Assembly: GCA_013239625.1 (NCBI GenBank)
Contig: MU054187.1
Coordinates: forward strand, 16,322,941-16,386,940
DNA length: 64,000 nucleotides
Direction of reading: 5' to 3'
Source: Lama guanicoe
Taxonomy: Eukaryota
The notes under the pieces are model-generated. The model was not told where the DNA came from and did no database searches. It saw only the letters and a list, made by a program, of their open reading frames with translations. This document shows, in pieces, positions 25,761 through 37,500 of the stretch; positions within the stretch are counted from its first letter, which is position 1, and every line of letters starts with the position of its first letter. A program made the translations under genes and the position numbers.

Positions 25761-25849
25761 GTTATTCTTTATTGAGAGAAACCTGCAACAAAATAATTGC
25801 AATACTGTGTAACAAGTCTTAAAAATAGGTATAACCATACAATAAAATG

Positions 25850-26640
25850 GGAAAAGCAAGAGGAAACTAAAATTAATTTTGTCAGGGCAATAAGGAAAAC
25901 TGAGCCGGAAGAATTTTTTTTGTAGGTGACTTGACATCTGACTCTGAAGGCACTTAGAATTTGAGGAGGAGGAGGAAAAAATAGAGATGGTGAAGAGGGT
26001 TTAAGTCATTTTAAGTAGAGGAAGTAGGAAGATGCAGAGAAACAGCACACTCGAGAATACAGCTAAGTGGATGGGGGCCAGGTTGGTAATAGGAAGCGTT
26101 AAATGCCTCCTAAATTTCAGAACAGAAGTAGAGTGACATTGTAAAGAATGAACTGAGGGAGAAGAATTAGAAACACCATTTAGAAGGGTGCTCACTCATT
26201 CATGTATTCAACAGAGCAGCATTTACCGAGTGCTCGTTAGGAACTAGGCATAGTTGGGCACCGGGATAGAGAAAGAAAACCATGATCCTAACCTCCAGGA
26301 GCTCGCTATCTTGGCTGGGGAGATGGGGTGGGAGGTGGGCAGGTGGGGGATAATAGTTTAACAAACAATTCAAATGTCACATAGCATGTGCCTTAATATA
26401 TTGTTGATCAAAATAAGAAATACAAGAGCAAATATAAAACAGATTGGGAGGAAGAATGTATATTCACTTGGAGATTTACTGAAATTGAATTGCCTGTGGC
26501 ATATCTACAGAGACCTTGCTCATAGTATTTGGAATAGAAGTCCGAAGCTTGGATGAGGTACCTGGCCTAGAGATGCAGATTTGACTGCCATCAATGTGTA
26601 AGTGATTGTTGAAGACGTGGGTGTGCATGAGATCACTTTA
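25850..26640 (-). mobile_element. L2 fragments
   Basis: cactcattcatgtattcaac...catttaccgagtgctc...cctccaggagctc; ggcctagagatgcagatttgactgccatcaatgtg. Confidence 0.65.
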
Positions 26641-26729
26641 AATAGGAGGCAGAATTACAAGTAAATAAAGAACAACTCCGTTAGAATCTTTTTCGAGTGT
26701 AAAGTCTATCTTAGTATTTGTTCAAAATA

Positions 26730-27047
26730 GCCACTGCCTTTCCTACTGGTTGCATCTCTACCGAATGTACTCCTTCCGGGTCTGTCCCCAAGGGGAAGTT
26801 ATACTTCCTGCCTCGTTAATGTAAAAGCGGGCCTTGTGATTTTCTTTGGCCAATGAAATGTAAGTGAGGAGAACATTAACCACTTCTGTGCAAATCTGTA
26901 AAAGCCTGTAACATGGCTCTGTCCTCTTTCTTTCTACTGGACTTCAGCGTCGATAATCAGTCCCAGAACAAAGAGCCAAAGGTGTCCTGTGATGAACACG
27001 TAACTTGACCTGAGGAGAAACCGAGATTTTTTTTAAAGATGTTACAA
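26730..27047 (+). mobile_element. MLT1 solo LTR
   Basis: ttatacttcctgcc...ttgtgattttctttggccaatgaaatgtaagtgagg...ccacttctg. Confidence 0.7.
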
Positions 27048-27119
27048 TGAAATAATTTTTCTTAAGATGAATAATACAGGATGAGTAGAAAGAAAGAAAC
27101 ATAATAGATCAAAAAGCAG

Positions 27120-28850
27120 TGATACTGTAGCAATAAAATTTCGAGATATCCAGGATGTAGAACAGACTGAAATATTTGATGTGTGGTGTTACAAGTGAGT
27201 CCAAAATGACTTTGAGATCTTTGGCCTGAGTGACTTGTGGGAAGGTGACCTTGTTATATCAGGACAGGACAGAGAACCCTACTACGACTTTCATATCAGA
27301 GCTTGCCCTTAAATTCACTTTGAAACTGGAGGGAGAGTAAAGTTGAGATGTTGAAATCTGGACATATTTTGTCTAAGATCCTCTGATACATTCAGGTGGA
27401 GATGCCTGGTAGACAGGGCAATATAAGGGCTCGGGGTCCAGGACAGGTTTCTGAGCAAGATGGGGCAACCCTGAGAGACTGCATCCAGTGAGACAGGGGT
27501 TGAGGATAGAACTCTGGAAGGAACGCATGTTTAAGAGAAAAATGAAAGAAGAAAAGGGCGTAAAATCCACTTAACAAGAATAGTTGGAGAAGTAGAAATA
27601 AAACGTGACAAAGTGATGTTTTATACGCTGCAGAAAAAGGCTGTCATGAGAGGTACAGTTGTGCGTGCAGCCACAGAGAAATAAATAAGGTAAAAATCCG
27701 ATTAGGTGATTGGTGCTGACGAGTAAGAGACACGTTAGAGTGGCACGTTAGAAGAGGGGGGTTCTGAAATCCGAACCTGAGGTGCCCATCTCATATGAAG
27801 ATTGTCCTAGGCAGTCTCTTAAATTTCTCTTACATTGTCAGTAGCTGGGCTCTGGAAACGCCAAAGCAAAGAATTAAATTTTCCCTTTTCTCTTTGAATG
27901 TGGGCTGTAGCCCCTTTTCTTCCAGTTTAGAAGAGGCTGAAGCCTGGTTTGAAGGGAGGTTAGAGTGTAGAGATGAAGAGATTGTCCTCTTCCGGTTTCT
28001 TTGATGTGGAAGTTACGATTCAGTTTTAGTAAATCCAAATTTGCAAGCACTGCCTTGTAACTCCAGAATTTTCTAGGCTTCAGGAATGAGGTGGGTGTGG
28101 AAGCCTGATAGTGATGAGGAGAAAATTGAGGGTAATGAGGTGAAGAAGGCAAGTTCAGAGAAACAAGGCCGTTTTGTCAAGGGGGTCAAGGTGGAAGGGA
28201 GGGCCACTGGCAGAACTGGGGGGGGGGGTTGGGTGTGGTGAGCTCGGACCCACGCGAGAGAGGAGACACTGGATGGTGAAATTTCCCACATGCGGTGGGA
28301 AAGTCCCACCACACTGAGAATAAGCTGCAGGGAAATGGCCTGTCACAAAGAGGAGCAGAATGGAACCTTGTCCTTTAGAACCTGGACAGAGGACTGGGGG
28401 GACGTGGAAATCATCCGGTGTGCGAAGAAATCTGATCGTGTCCTGAAGGGAGGTTATGCAATTTGGAAACTCTACAGCACTGGACAAACATTAGTTACTG
28501 CTGTTGGTTTTTGTTTTGGTGAGTTATCAGGCGTACAGTCTGGAGCTTGGGGGCCAGGTCGGAAGTGGAAAGTCACTTTAAGAGTCATTTGTAATGAGGT
28601 GGTCATTAAATAATTGGGAATTTAATGAAATCTCCCAGGTATGAGTGTAGGGAGGATAGCGGGAACTGTGGACTGCGCCTTAAGCTTGTTCACTCTGTGG
28701 ATACTGGTTGAGGACCACATGCCCTGAAGGAGTTGGTGCTCATTAGAAGTGGGTAAAATCAGACAGTTTAGAGTGACAAAGGGCAGTGTCATCAAAAGCG
28801 TGGAAACCCAGTGTTCTGAGCTGCAGAGAGGTCAAGGACAGTGACCCCGA
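27120..28850 (-). mobile_element. L2 fragments
   Basis: ccaaaatgactttgagatctttggcctgagtgactt; cattcaggtggagatgcc; atgaaatctcccagg; agagaggtcaaggac. Confidence 0.6.
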
Positions 28851-29599
28851 CCCAGCCCCTGTCACACCCCACTGCGGGGCAGATACAATAGGTGTTTATG
28901 GCAAAAATGAGTGCAGGCTATGACTGTGAGCGTGGGCTTTCGTGTAGAGTAAGATGTTTTGAGAATTAGGCTCCAATCAGGGAATTCTGATGGCCGCCCC
29001 AGTTTAAAGCACAGTCAAACAATGGAAAAAGAACAGAGCTTCTGGAGAATGTGTATTTCGGAACCTTGGTTCTGAGCAAGGGCCGATGAGGATCTCAGCC
29101 AGAAAAGACAAGGACCAGAGTTGTATGACAGGAGCAGAAATACAACAGTCAGTTCAGGGAAAGACCCAGGAGAGCAGGAGAACTTCAAGACCCAAGAAGG
29201 AAACAGCGATACTTAAGGGAGTGAAGGCCTGAAATTGGACAGATTATCCCTGGGGAATGTCTGTACCTGATCCTACAACGTGCCTCCTACCAGACGCTTC
29301 ACTTGGATACAAGTCCCTGGATCGCAGTTTTCCTTTCCCTTTGATCATCATGATGGGTCACAAGTTGATGGCCTATAAAATGCTGCTCTCACGGTATCTG
29401 GACTTCCACTGCTCAGAGGGCTTTCAGTCCCACTCTGCAGCGAGTCCATCTGTCACTCTGCTGAGATCCTTTGCCCGCTGTCCCCGCCTCAGTCCTGCAG
29501 GGCTGGCGCTTCAGCACCCCCAGGACCTCCTGTCCTGTGCCGGTTCTTCTCCAAAGCGCTCAGGCTTTGTACACACCCGCTCTTCTCTCTTCCTTGTAA

Positions 29600-29800
29600 A
29601 ATAGCATTTATTGAGTGTCTACTATGTGCCAGAGTCTGGGCTAAACTCTACATAAATTTTCTCAGTTTTCTTCTCCCCCCAAAATTGGGAGGTTAATCTA
29701 GCAAGCGCTCCATTTGCACAGACGTCCCCAAGTTCACAGAGCCCGGTGGGGCCGGGACGTGAACAAGGCAGTCAGGACCCCGAAGGCTGCCCTGGTGTTC
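29600..29800 (-). mobile_element. MIR
   Basis: agcatttattgagtgtctactatgtgccag...cccaagttcacagagc...gggccgggacgtgaac. Confidence 0.7.
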
Positions 29801-29849
29801 ATCCCACTGTCCATCTTTTCTAAACACTCCTTCCTTTCGTGACCTGGGT

Positions 29850-30605
29850 CTCACGGCCAAGGTGAGTGCCAGTGCTCCCACCAACAGCCTTCCTTTCGTT
29901 TCCTTTGACACACTCGCACGTACCCAGCCAATCCCGAATTCCAAGACAACCTGGTTGCCTCTTTTCATCATGCCTATTTTCAGGCTGCTAAGTGTTGTTG
30001 GAGAAAATTAAATAGCTGTGCTGATTGCTTTCATTACATTGTCACGATGTCCAACCTCAGCTGGGCCTTCGCAAACACTGGCAATCCCTTCGCTTCTCTC
30101 TCAACAGCTCTTTCCCGCTTCCCACAGCATCTGTTCCAAATCTGCAGAGTTTTCCTCGAGTCTACTTTAATTAAAAACATTCTTAACGTGGCTTACTGGG
30201 CTCTCCAAAATTGGCTCCTTCCCACCTCCCTGGTCTCCCTGAGGGCTGTGCTCCCTCTGGCTTTGCTGGGTTCCAGCCGCACTGATAGGTTTAATCCTCT
30301 TGTCTTGTCCCTTTTGGATATTCCTTCACTGATCTGGGCAGCCTTTCCCCTGCTTCTTTGTTTAACAAGTACTCATCGTTCAACGTTACATCGTCTGATG
30401 AGCCTTTCCTGACCTCCGAGATTAGCTGAGATCCCACCATAACATTTTTAATATTCTGCACATTTTTAATGATTTGTATGAAGCCAGCTTTCTGCTTTAG
30501 ATAGCTAACTATGTGCAGATAGTAACAATATTGTCTCGTTTAACTAATTATAGCCCCAGCACGTGGCACAAGGCCCAGCCTTTGAGAAGTGCTTAATCCA
30601 TATTT
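29850..30605 (+). mobile_element. L2 fragments
   Basis: ctgctaagtgttgttggagaaaat; ccaacctcagctgggcc; 3' end agccccagcacgtggcac...gtgcttaat. Confidence 0.6.
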
Positions 30606-31879
30606 ATATTTAAAGGGAACTGAAATGTTGGCATTAATAATCATATGTATTATTTTTCGCCCACAGCTGGAAGAGACCTGGAACACCATGGCTGTCCACA
30701 GAGTCTGTGAAGGTATAAAAGGTACGTACGGTTGAGGTTTTTCATGCTGACAATGAGTTGGGGCAGAAGAGCTTCTCAGACAAGACAGAGGATCTGCGAA
30801 GGTATAGAGCAGATGGGGTCTCTTGGTCTTGATCCTGAAGAGACCAAGGTGTTTTGCAGATGGACCTATAAGGTGGTATCCTTTGTTCAAAGACAGGCCA
30901 AGAATTAAGGAAATCAAAATACAAAAGGCAGTATCAGTCATTGAGGTGAAGCTGGTAATTTAGATAGATGTTGTGTGCTGTAGGAATGAATGAACTGGAC
31001 AACCCAGCTGCTGGGGACCATGGAAGCTGGGGCTTTTTCCTTCTTACTGCTTCCTCTGAGTCACTTCCACTGTCTTCCCTCCCCATGTGACATCTCTATC
31101 CTCCATCTGGTGGCTGAGGTTTACCCTTGGGCTACAAACTCGGCGACACACAATACTGGGAGCCAAATGTTGCTGAAGAAAGTGAGGGAAAGGCAAAATG
31201 AAGAAAGGTAAACAGAGGAGGCAGCAGCTGTCTCAGGGATAACAGGCCAATCCTAGGTTCATCCAGATTCAGAGAGGTCAAATCGATTGACTCATTCATT
31301 CATTCAAAACGGAGAGAGCAGGTAAGAGGTACAACTTTGAAAATGCCAAGGGGAGATGATTGGGGTACTGAGCTGTGTTTTTCAAAGACTTTCATCCCAG
31401 AGCAAGGCAGGGAAAGCGTGGCTGGTTCCTGGCCTCTGGCACACGTGGCTGTTCAGGGCATGTCTCCTCACCTTTCCCCAGTGCCTCAGCATTGCTTATC
31501 CTAGATGTCAGCATTCCTAGTGGAACGAGCTCTGCTTGTTCTCAAGTTTTTTAAAACCACTGGACTTGACTCCCAGTGGCCCAGACTGTATCGTATACAT
31601 CTCTAAGATGGTATGAGGTCAGTGACACCGCCATGGTAACCCTTAGGTCTGGCCACTGGGAAATCTGGGATCACTGCTCAGCAGTGTGAGACATGCAAGG
31701 TCATGATTCAAACAAAGCAGCAAAAAGTATTCTCAAATCTTCCTTGTTCATAGGGGGCAGTTCATTGATCTAGTGACTACTGACACCACATGTGCTCCTG
31801 GAGAAGGATGAAATGTCCGGCACACAACAAGACCCTCGCTGACAATATTTAGCAAAAAAGATTTTAGAGGACTTTGGTC

Positions 31880-32430
31880 TGGCTTGCGTACTAAGAGTAT
31901 ATTTTTTAGGGCTGTTTTGGCCTCAAGACAGAAGCCAAACTCAAAGTGACTTAAGCTGATAAAAATGTGAAGGCCATTTATCGTTTCACAGAATTGCAAA
32001 ATCTAGAGGAAGACTGCTGAGTGCATAAGAAGCAACCATTGGCATCACTGGATGTAGGGGCTCCAATGATGTCACTCCAGTCTGGTCCATTTCAAAGTCT
32101 CTGCTCAGCATTCCACAGAGACGGCCCTGGTACCTCCAGCATCACTTCTTGTTGTCAGTCGTCCCAATGGAAAGAGCCATGTCTTTTGTCAAGTTTCATA
32201 AAAGCACTTGGCTCTCAATGGTCCAGATTATATCTTACGTTGAACCTGGTCAGAACCAGGAAATGTGCTGAGAGGTGGAGTCCTGCATCGCATCCTCTCC
32301 CCTCCAGCTTAAGTTGGATCAGCTTTATCCACAGAAAGTAGACTGAGAACAGGGAGAGGCAATATTCCAGGGAAAAACGGTATCCAATTTTCAAAGAAGA
32401 GGGAAAGGATTCTGAGTTGGCAAAAAAATA
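31880..32430 (-). mobile_element. MLT1-like LTR
   Basis: agaagccaaactcaaagtgacttaagc...cacagaattgcaaaatctagagg (reverse MLT1 3' end). Confidence 0.55.
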
Positions 32431-32529
32431 ATAGATGCCTTTAATGACGGTGTTCTAAGGAAAGAGATTTGTGATATCACCTGAGTCAGAGAGGAAAGAG
32501 GCCAAGATGTTTCTCCGGATTGGTTCGAT

Positions 32530-32930
32530 GTTTTTGTTGTCATGATTGTTGTAAGATCGAGAAACCCATGCTAAACTAACTCAAAAAGGAAACCCACTGG
32601 CTTATCTAACCCAGCCACGGAAGGCTGGGGCCGGCCTCAGGGACTGGATCCAGGGATAAGAAAAATTACCAGGCCTGTCTGTTCTCCCCACCGCTTTCCC
32701 TTGTCTTGCTTGCTGGTTTAATTTTCTTCGTTCCCCTAGCGGTAAACATGGCTCCCTGGACCCACATTCCCACCGCTCCATCAAAAAGAAACGGGCAATT
32801 CATTGTCATTTCTAGCCTGAAAAATCTGGAGGAAGAAAAAGTTTGACCAACTTGAATCAGCTATTTCTCTCCTGATCTGTGAGGGAAGCACGGTCTACTA
32901 CCAGAAGGAAGCGTTGTGCTGGGTAAAGAT
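32530..32930 (-). mobile_element. MLT1-like LTR
   Basis: gttgtaagatcgagaaacccatgctaaactaactc...ggcctcagggactggatccaggg. Confidence 0.55.
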
Positions 32931-32939
32931 GACATTAGC

Positions 32940-33380
32940 AGCATAATTTCTCACACTTCCCATGCCATAGACCCCACCCAAGAAGAATGCATTTACACCC
33001 AGAAAATGTAACATACCGGGCCACAAAGGAAAGCTGTGATCCTTAAATATAGTTTTAAAAATAATTTACAATATAATAACATACATGTTTCATTATAATG
33101 TATTAAATAAGAAGACATGGTAACAGACGCAATTACCACCTTGTCTAGTTTTGAAGTATTAAAGAGTATAAATGATATCTGTCTCATGTGTCATGTGATA
33201 TGAAAATAGCTGTGATTTATTATGCTAATATTACTGTGGTTTATTGTCTGCATTCAAATGTGAACAAAATTAGAAATGTTAGCTTGAGGTTAATGAAAAA
33301 ATAAAGTTATAATTTTCCCACTCAAGTCGTCAGTCCCTCTAAATCCCACGCAGGATCACTGTGGGCTCCAGGAGCTGCCA
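32940..33380. mobile_element. hAT/Charlie-type non-autonomous DNA transposon
   Basis: gaggttaatgaaaaaataaagttataattttcccactcaag...ccctctaaatcc and gtgatatgaaaatagctgtgattt match recalled Charlie-family MER motifs. Confidence 0.6.
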
Positions 33381-33634
33381 CACTAGTTGGTCAGGAAGGT
33401 AGTAGTTGGAGAGAACCTTAATGAAAAGTGGATTTCAGGAGCTACTGGATCAAGGCGGTCCATCTTCACCTGGATAATTTTCTGCCAGGGCCAATACTGA
33501 GATTTATTTTCAGAAGAAATGAGATTTCACTAATATCACAGTCACTGCAACTTTGAGAATTATATTGGATTGTGGTGCCTTCACTGACCTGGTTATTCCG
33601 TATATGTCTCAGCTGAGGAGTGAGATGATTTGTG

Positions 33635-33920
33635 ATGCCAGTCTCTTGAGAAGAGGTTGTTTCTTAGACCTAAACTTTGATATGAGCTGAAAAGCCCTAA
33701 GTGGGTGCAAGGCTAATGTTTAGCACAAAGCCTGAATACCAGAGCTTAACGTGTCAAAAAAGAACAGTTCTTTTCTGGCAGAAGATGAGGTAGATGTTCT
33801 CCTCTCTTCAGTGGGCAGCCAGGAGTATGGAAACATAAGCCAGAGACACCTGGACAAAGTTTTGGGGCTTGGATCTAGAACTGGACAGACCCTGGTGAGA
33901 GCCAACTAGGACAGGAATCA
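33635..33920 (+). mobile_element. L3/CR1 ORF2 3' remnant
   Basis: gatatgagc...gctaatg...gaggtagatgttctcctctc...gacacctgga...aactgga parallels the L3 segment encoding KLNMS...KAN...EVIVPLY...RPHLE. Confidence 0.45.
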
Positions 33921-34349
33921 AAATCTCTCCTTCAAGAATCTAATGATTTTCTAAATTTTTCCTTATTTATCTTTTTGTTTTTCCTTTCATATATTTTATT
34001 TTCAGACTCTAGCTTTCTTCAGCTATGCCAAAAAGAAGCCAGAGAATAATCTATGATTGGGACAAAATTTTTGAAGAGCAGCGAGGAATATACCATTGGC
34101 AACTGACACTGGCGGCCATCGTAATTCACGTGGCATCCATGGTTCAGGAAATAGATTAAGGCTCCTTGGTCAGCCTCTCCTTGCTAATTGGTGATCTCTT
34201 TTCAGTGTTAAGCCTCGGAGCTTTGGAGTGCGTTTCAATAAGAAAACATTTAGCAAAGCATTAGTCAGATTACTGTGAACTCTGTTGGGGACAGAGCCAA
34301 AAAACCAAGTCCAACAAAAACTGAGTAACTATTCTGAGTCAAACCTTAC

Positions 34350-34500
34350 GGAAGGCATCTTGCATATATTATCTTATTTAATCCACCCTAGAATGTTGTG
34401 AAATAGCTACCATTATTTCCATTTTACAAGCAAGAAAACTGAAACTCAGAGAAGGTGAGTAATTTATTGAATATCACACAGCTGGCACGCAGCAGAACAA
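34350..34500 (-). mobile_element. MIR
   Basis: atcttatttaatcc...ccattttacaagcaagaaaactgaaactcagagaaggtgagtaattt...tcacacagctgg. Confidence 0.8.
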
Positions 34501-37500
34501 GTAAGGGAGGCTGGGATGCCTAATAACCAATCTAGTACTTGTCTTTTCCACTGTAGATCCTCGCCAAAAGAGCACATTTGTTCACCTAATTATTTCTAGT
34601 ACCCATTGGCCAGCTTCCCTGGATACCAGGCAATTCGCCAATAGAAAAATAAATAAATAAATAAATAAGTGGCCGGTGTTAGAAACCTGGGAATGGACAT
34701 TACGTGACCTCAGAATACACGTGCTTATCTTGCTTTGTGCCAAGAAGAGAGTCAAAGTTATTGCAGGAAGAATTAAAGCTTACAATTTTTATATGTCCTC
34801 ACTTGAGTTGTACTCAAAACATTTTTTTAAGTGATAATTTTAACCATTAGATTATAGTGGGATCAGAAAAGAGTTATCTAGTATATCTCTAACTTAACAC
34901 TGGGAACCATAATAAGAAACATATGTAAAATATCAATTTTCACAAAATAAATATTTATCTGTGGGGAGAACAGGGAGAGAGAGAACTTAAGCTTTATGTT
35001 CGTTGAGCTTCAGACTGATAGAACTATTACACAGAAATAAACGTAACGATATATCATGATTCGTTATGACATATTGGCACCACTCGCAAATTAACCCAAA
35101 CATTAGACCTTCAAGGCGGGTCACTATTTTTTGGACTATGGTAGCAATTAATAAATCAATCTTACCCCACGGAATGATTGATCAGCACTTTCTGCAGAAT
35201 GTATAGCAAATGGCTGTGCTAATGAAGGGAGATAAACCTATGCATAGATCTTCTTTTAATTTGAATTTTCCCCAATTATAAACAGATCTTTCTTTCCTCT
35301 GACCATCTCTAAGTGCATTTAATATTCTGGAGAGAGCAAAATGGTTAAGACGGACAAAAAGCCACAGTCTGTAACCTCTATTGGCCAAGGCTTTTGATTA
35401 CTGTAAAATTACACAAAAATGTGTCATTAAAAGGCATTGGACAGACATAAAATCTAACCTTTTGAGCAGAAGAATACTTAAGATTCTCTTCATGATCATG
35501 CAAGAGGAAATTCTTTGCTATGGAATAGCTATTTTCCTGTTAAGCAGGCTATTTCATCAATGATTTATTCCTGAGATGTAATAGGTCGTTTAAAATGGTG
35601 GTTTAAAAGTTGGGCCTTTTTGTTTAATTTTCTCACAGGCGGTTGGTAATTATCATGGTCCTGCAGTTTCTCTGGAATGCCGTGGAGGGTCAAATGGCAA
35701 TGCAACCCTGCTTTATAGGGTAATTAAGACAGTCGACATGGTTATTAAATACATCATGCTAAACTAAACTGGAATGCTGTGAAATAAAATCCAAAATCAT
35801 AAATAAAACTTGGGTATTCCAGCAAAGGGGGATGTGTGAAAAGGAGGAGCTGTATGCTCTCAGAATTGCAATAAATAGCTCTTGCCCACTCCGACTTACT
35901 AAAATCTGGCTACTGAAAGCCTCTGGATTAGTGTTTGAGAGAGGGAAACTGAAAGAAATGCTACAACTCCACCTATTTTTGAAGTTTGAATTCCTACTCT
36001 TTCATATTACAGAAAACAACGCAAAAAAAAAACCTTTTTTTTGATAAGTCATTTTTCCTATATTCTTGAATGCAAAGATCAAATGCAGAAAAATGTATGA
36101 CAAATTAAGGGATCTAATGTCAGTTTGATATGATGATCAAATGAATTTTAGATTTAAAAAAAAAGAACAACATCAAGACTCCTTCCCTTGGCAAAGTCGT
36201 TCCAATGATCCCTCATACCTGTGTATTCATGCTGCCTCTCAGAATTCATCTGTAACCTGCTTAAGACCACAGTATAACAAGCAGAAACCAGAGGCACCAG
36301 TAACAGGCTATCTGAAGGCTTGTTGATGTTGGTAACTCTAAACAGTGGTGATGGGTGAATATTATCATCAGTAGAGATATAAGTCTTCCAAATATGTGTC
36401 TGTCTTGTGGCCATAAGCTTTCAAACTTAAGAGCTGAAGGCTCCGGTAATTTAATTTCTTTCCAGAAAATGTGATGAGTATACAAAAATGCTGGCAAAAG
36501 GACTGGACAAAATGAGAACAGGAAAAAAATACAATGTTTCCAACCTATAATATGCTGCCTACAAGAGATTTTAAATTATTCTTCCCTTGCGTACTGCCTG
36601 GAAGTCTTTTTTTTTTTTTTTCTGTATCCATGTTTACAGGCAAATACATTGGTTTACTAGGCAAAAGAAAAGAACGAGTCTTAAATCGGGGAAATAAATA
36701 TTTCCAATTCTAGCTGTAAAACTAGAAGCCAAAATGTGTAGTTGACAGGCACGGAGCCAGCTGACTTCAGATCACTAGCCTTTCCTTAAAATCAGCCTTC
36801 CTACTTCCACATGGAACACATTTTAAGTTAACAATGTGTAGTTTGGCAAAGGAATTGTTTCTCTTTGGCATGAAACGGTTGTCTCGTTTTTTAAAAATGT
36901 ATTTTCTGCCCGCTCCTATGTACAACATATGTCAATGTTCTTTGGAACTTTAAAAACGATTGTTGCATCAGCAAAGGTTTAGGTGATGACTTTTGCAAAA
37001 AATGTTTGCCTTAATAAGAAAACACATATTTAACATATTCATATGCTGGCGCTTACGCCTGATACAAGTCTGAACATTGCTTAACTATACCTTGAAATGC
37101 CTATTGAATGGTGATTTAAGTGTATCATATTCTTGGGGAAAACCAGGCCTCTCAAAGAAGTCATCTGCATCTTCTTTGATGAGTATTTTTACAGGGTAGA
37201 CTGACAATGTACAACCTGAAAATAAATCCGACCGTTTCCTTCTCTGCTCTCCAGCCGAGTCTTAAAATTGAGTCATTCTATCCACGATGTATTTATAGCC
37301 CAGCAAACAGTAGAACGGAGTGCTACCCACTCAGACATTTGCAGTCTTTCCCCCCATTTCTGGCTACTGTCGCAGAAAACTCAGAAAAGCCAGAATGCAA
37401 ATTTTCGGACGCTGGTTGCAGCCGAAATGGGACAGGCGGCCACACCAGCTACCGTGAGAGACCAGATAGGACCACCACTGCCTCCACATAAAGGAGGCCA

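Noticed and set aside
29476..29530. REST/NRSE half-sites (cgctgtcc; ttcagcacc)
   Set aside because: Wrong spacing and orientation for a canonical RE1.
30668..30722. Possible + exon (cacag|CTGGAAGAG...GAAG|gtataa)
   Set aside because: Weak donor, unrecognised peptide, lies between repeat remnants.
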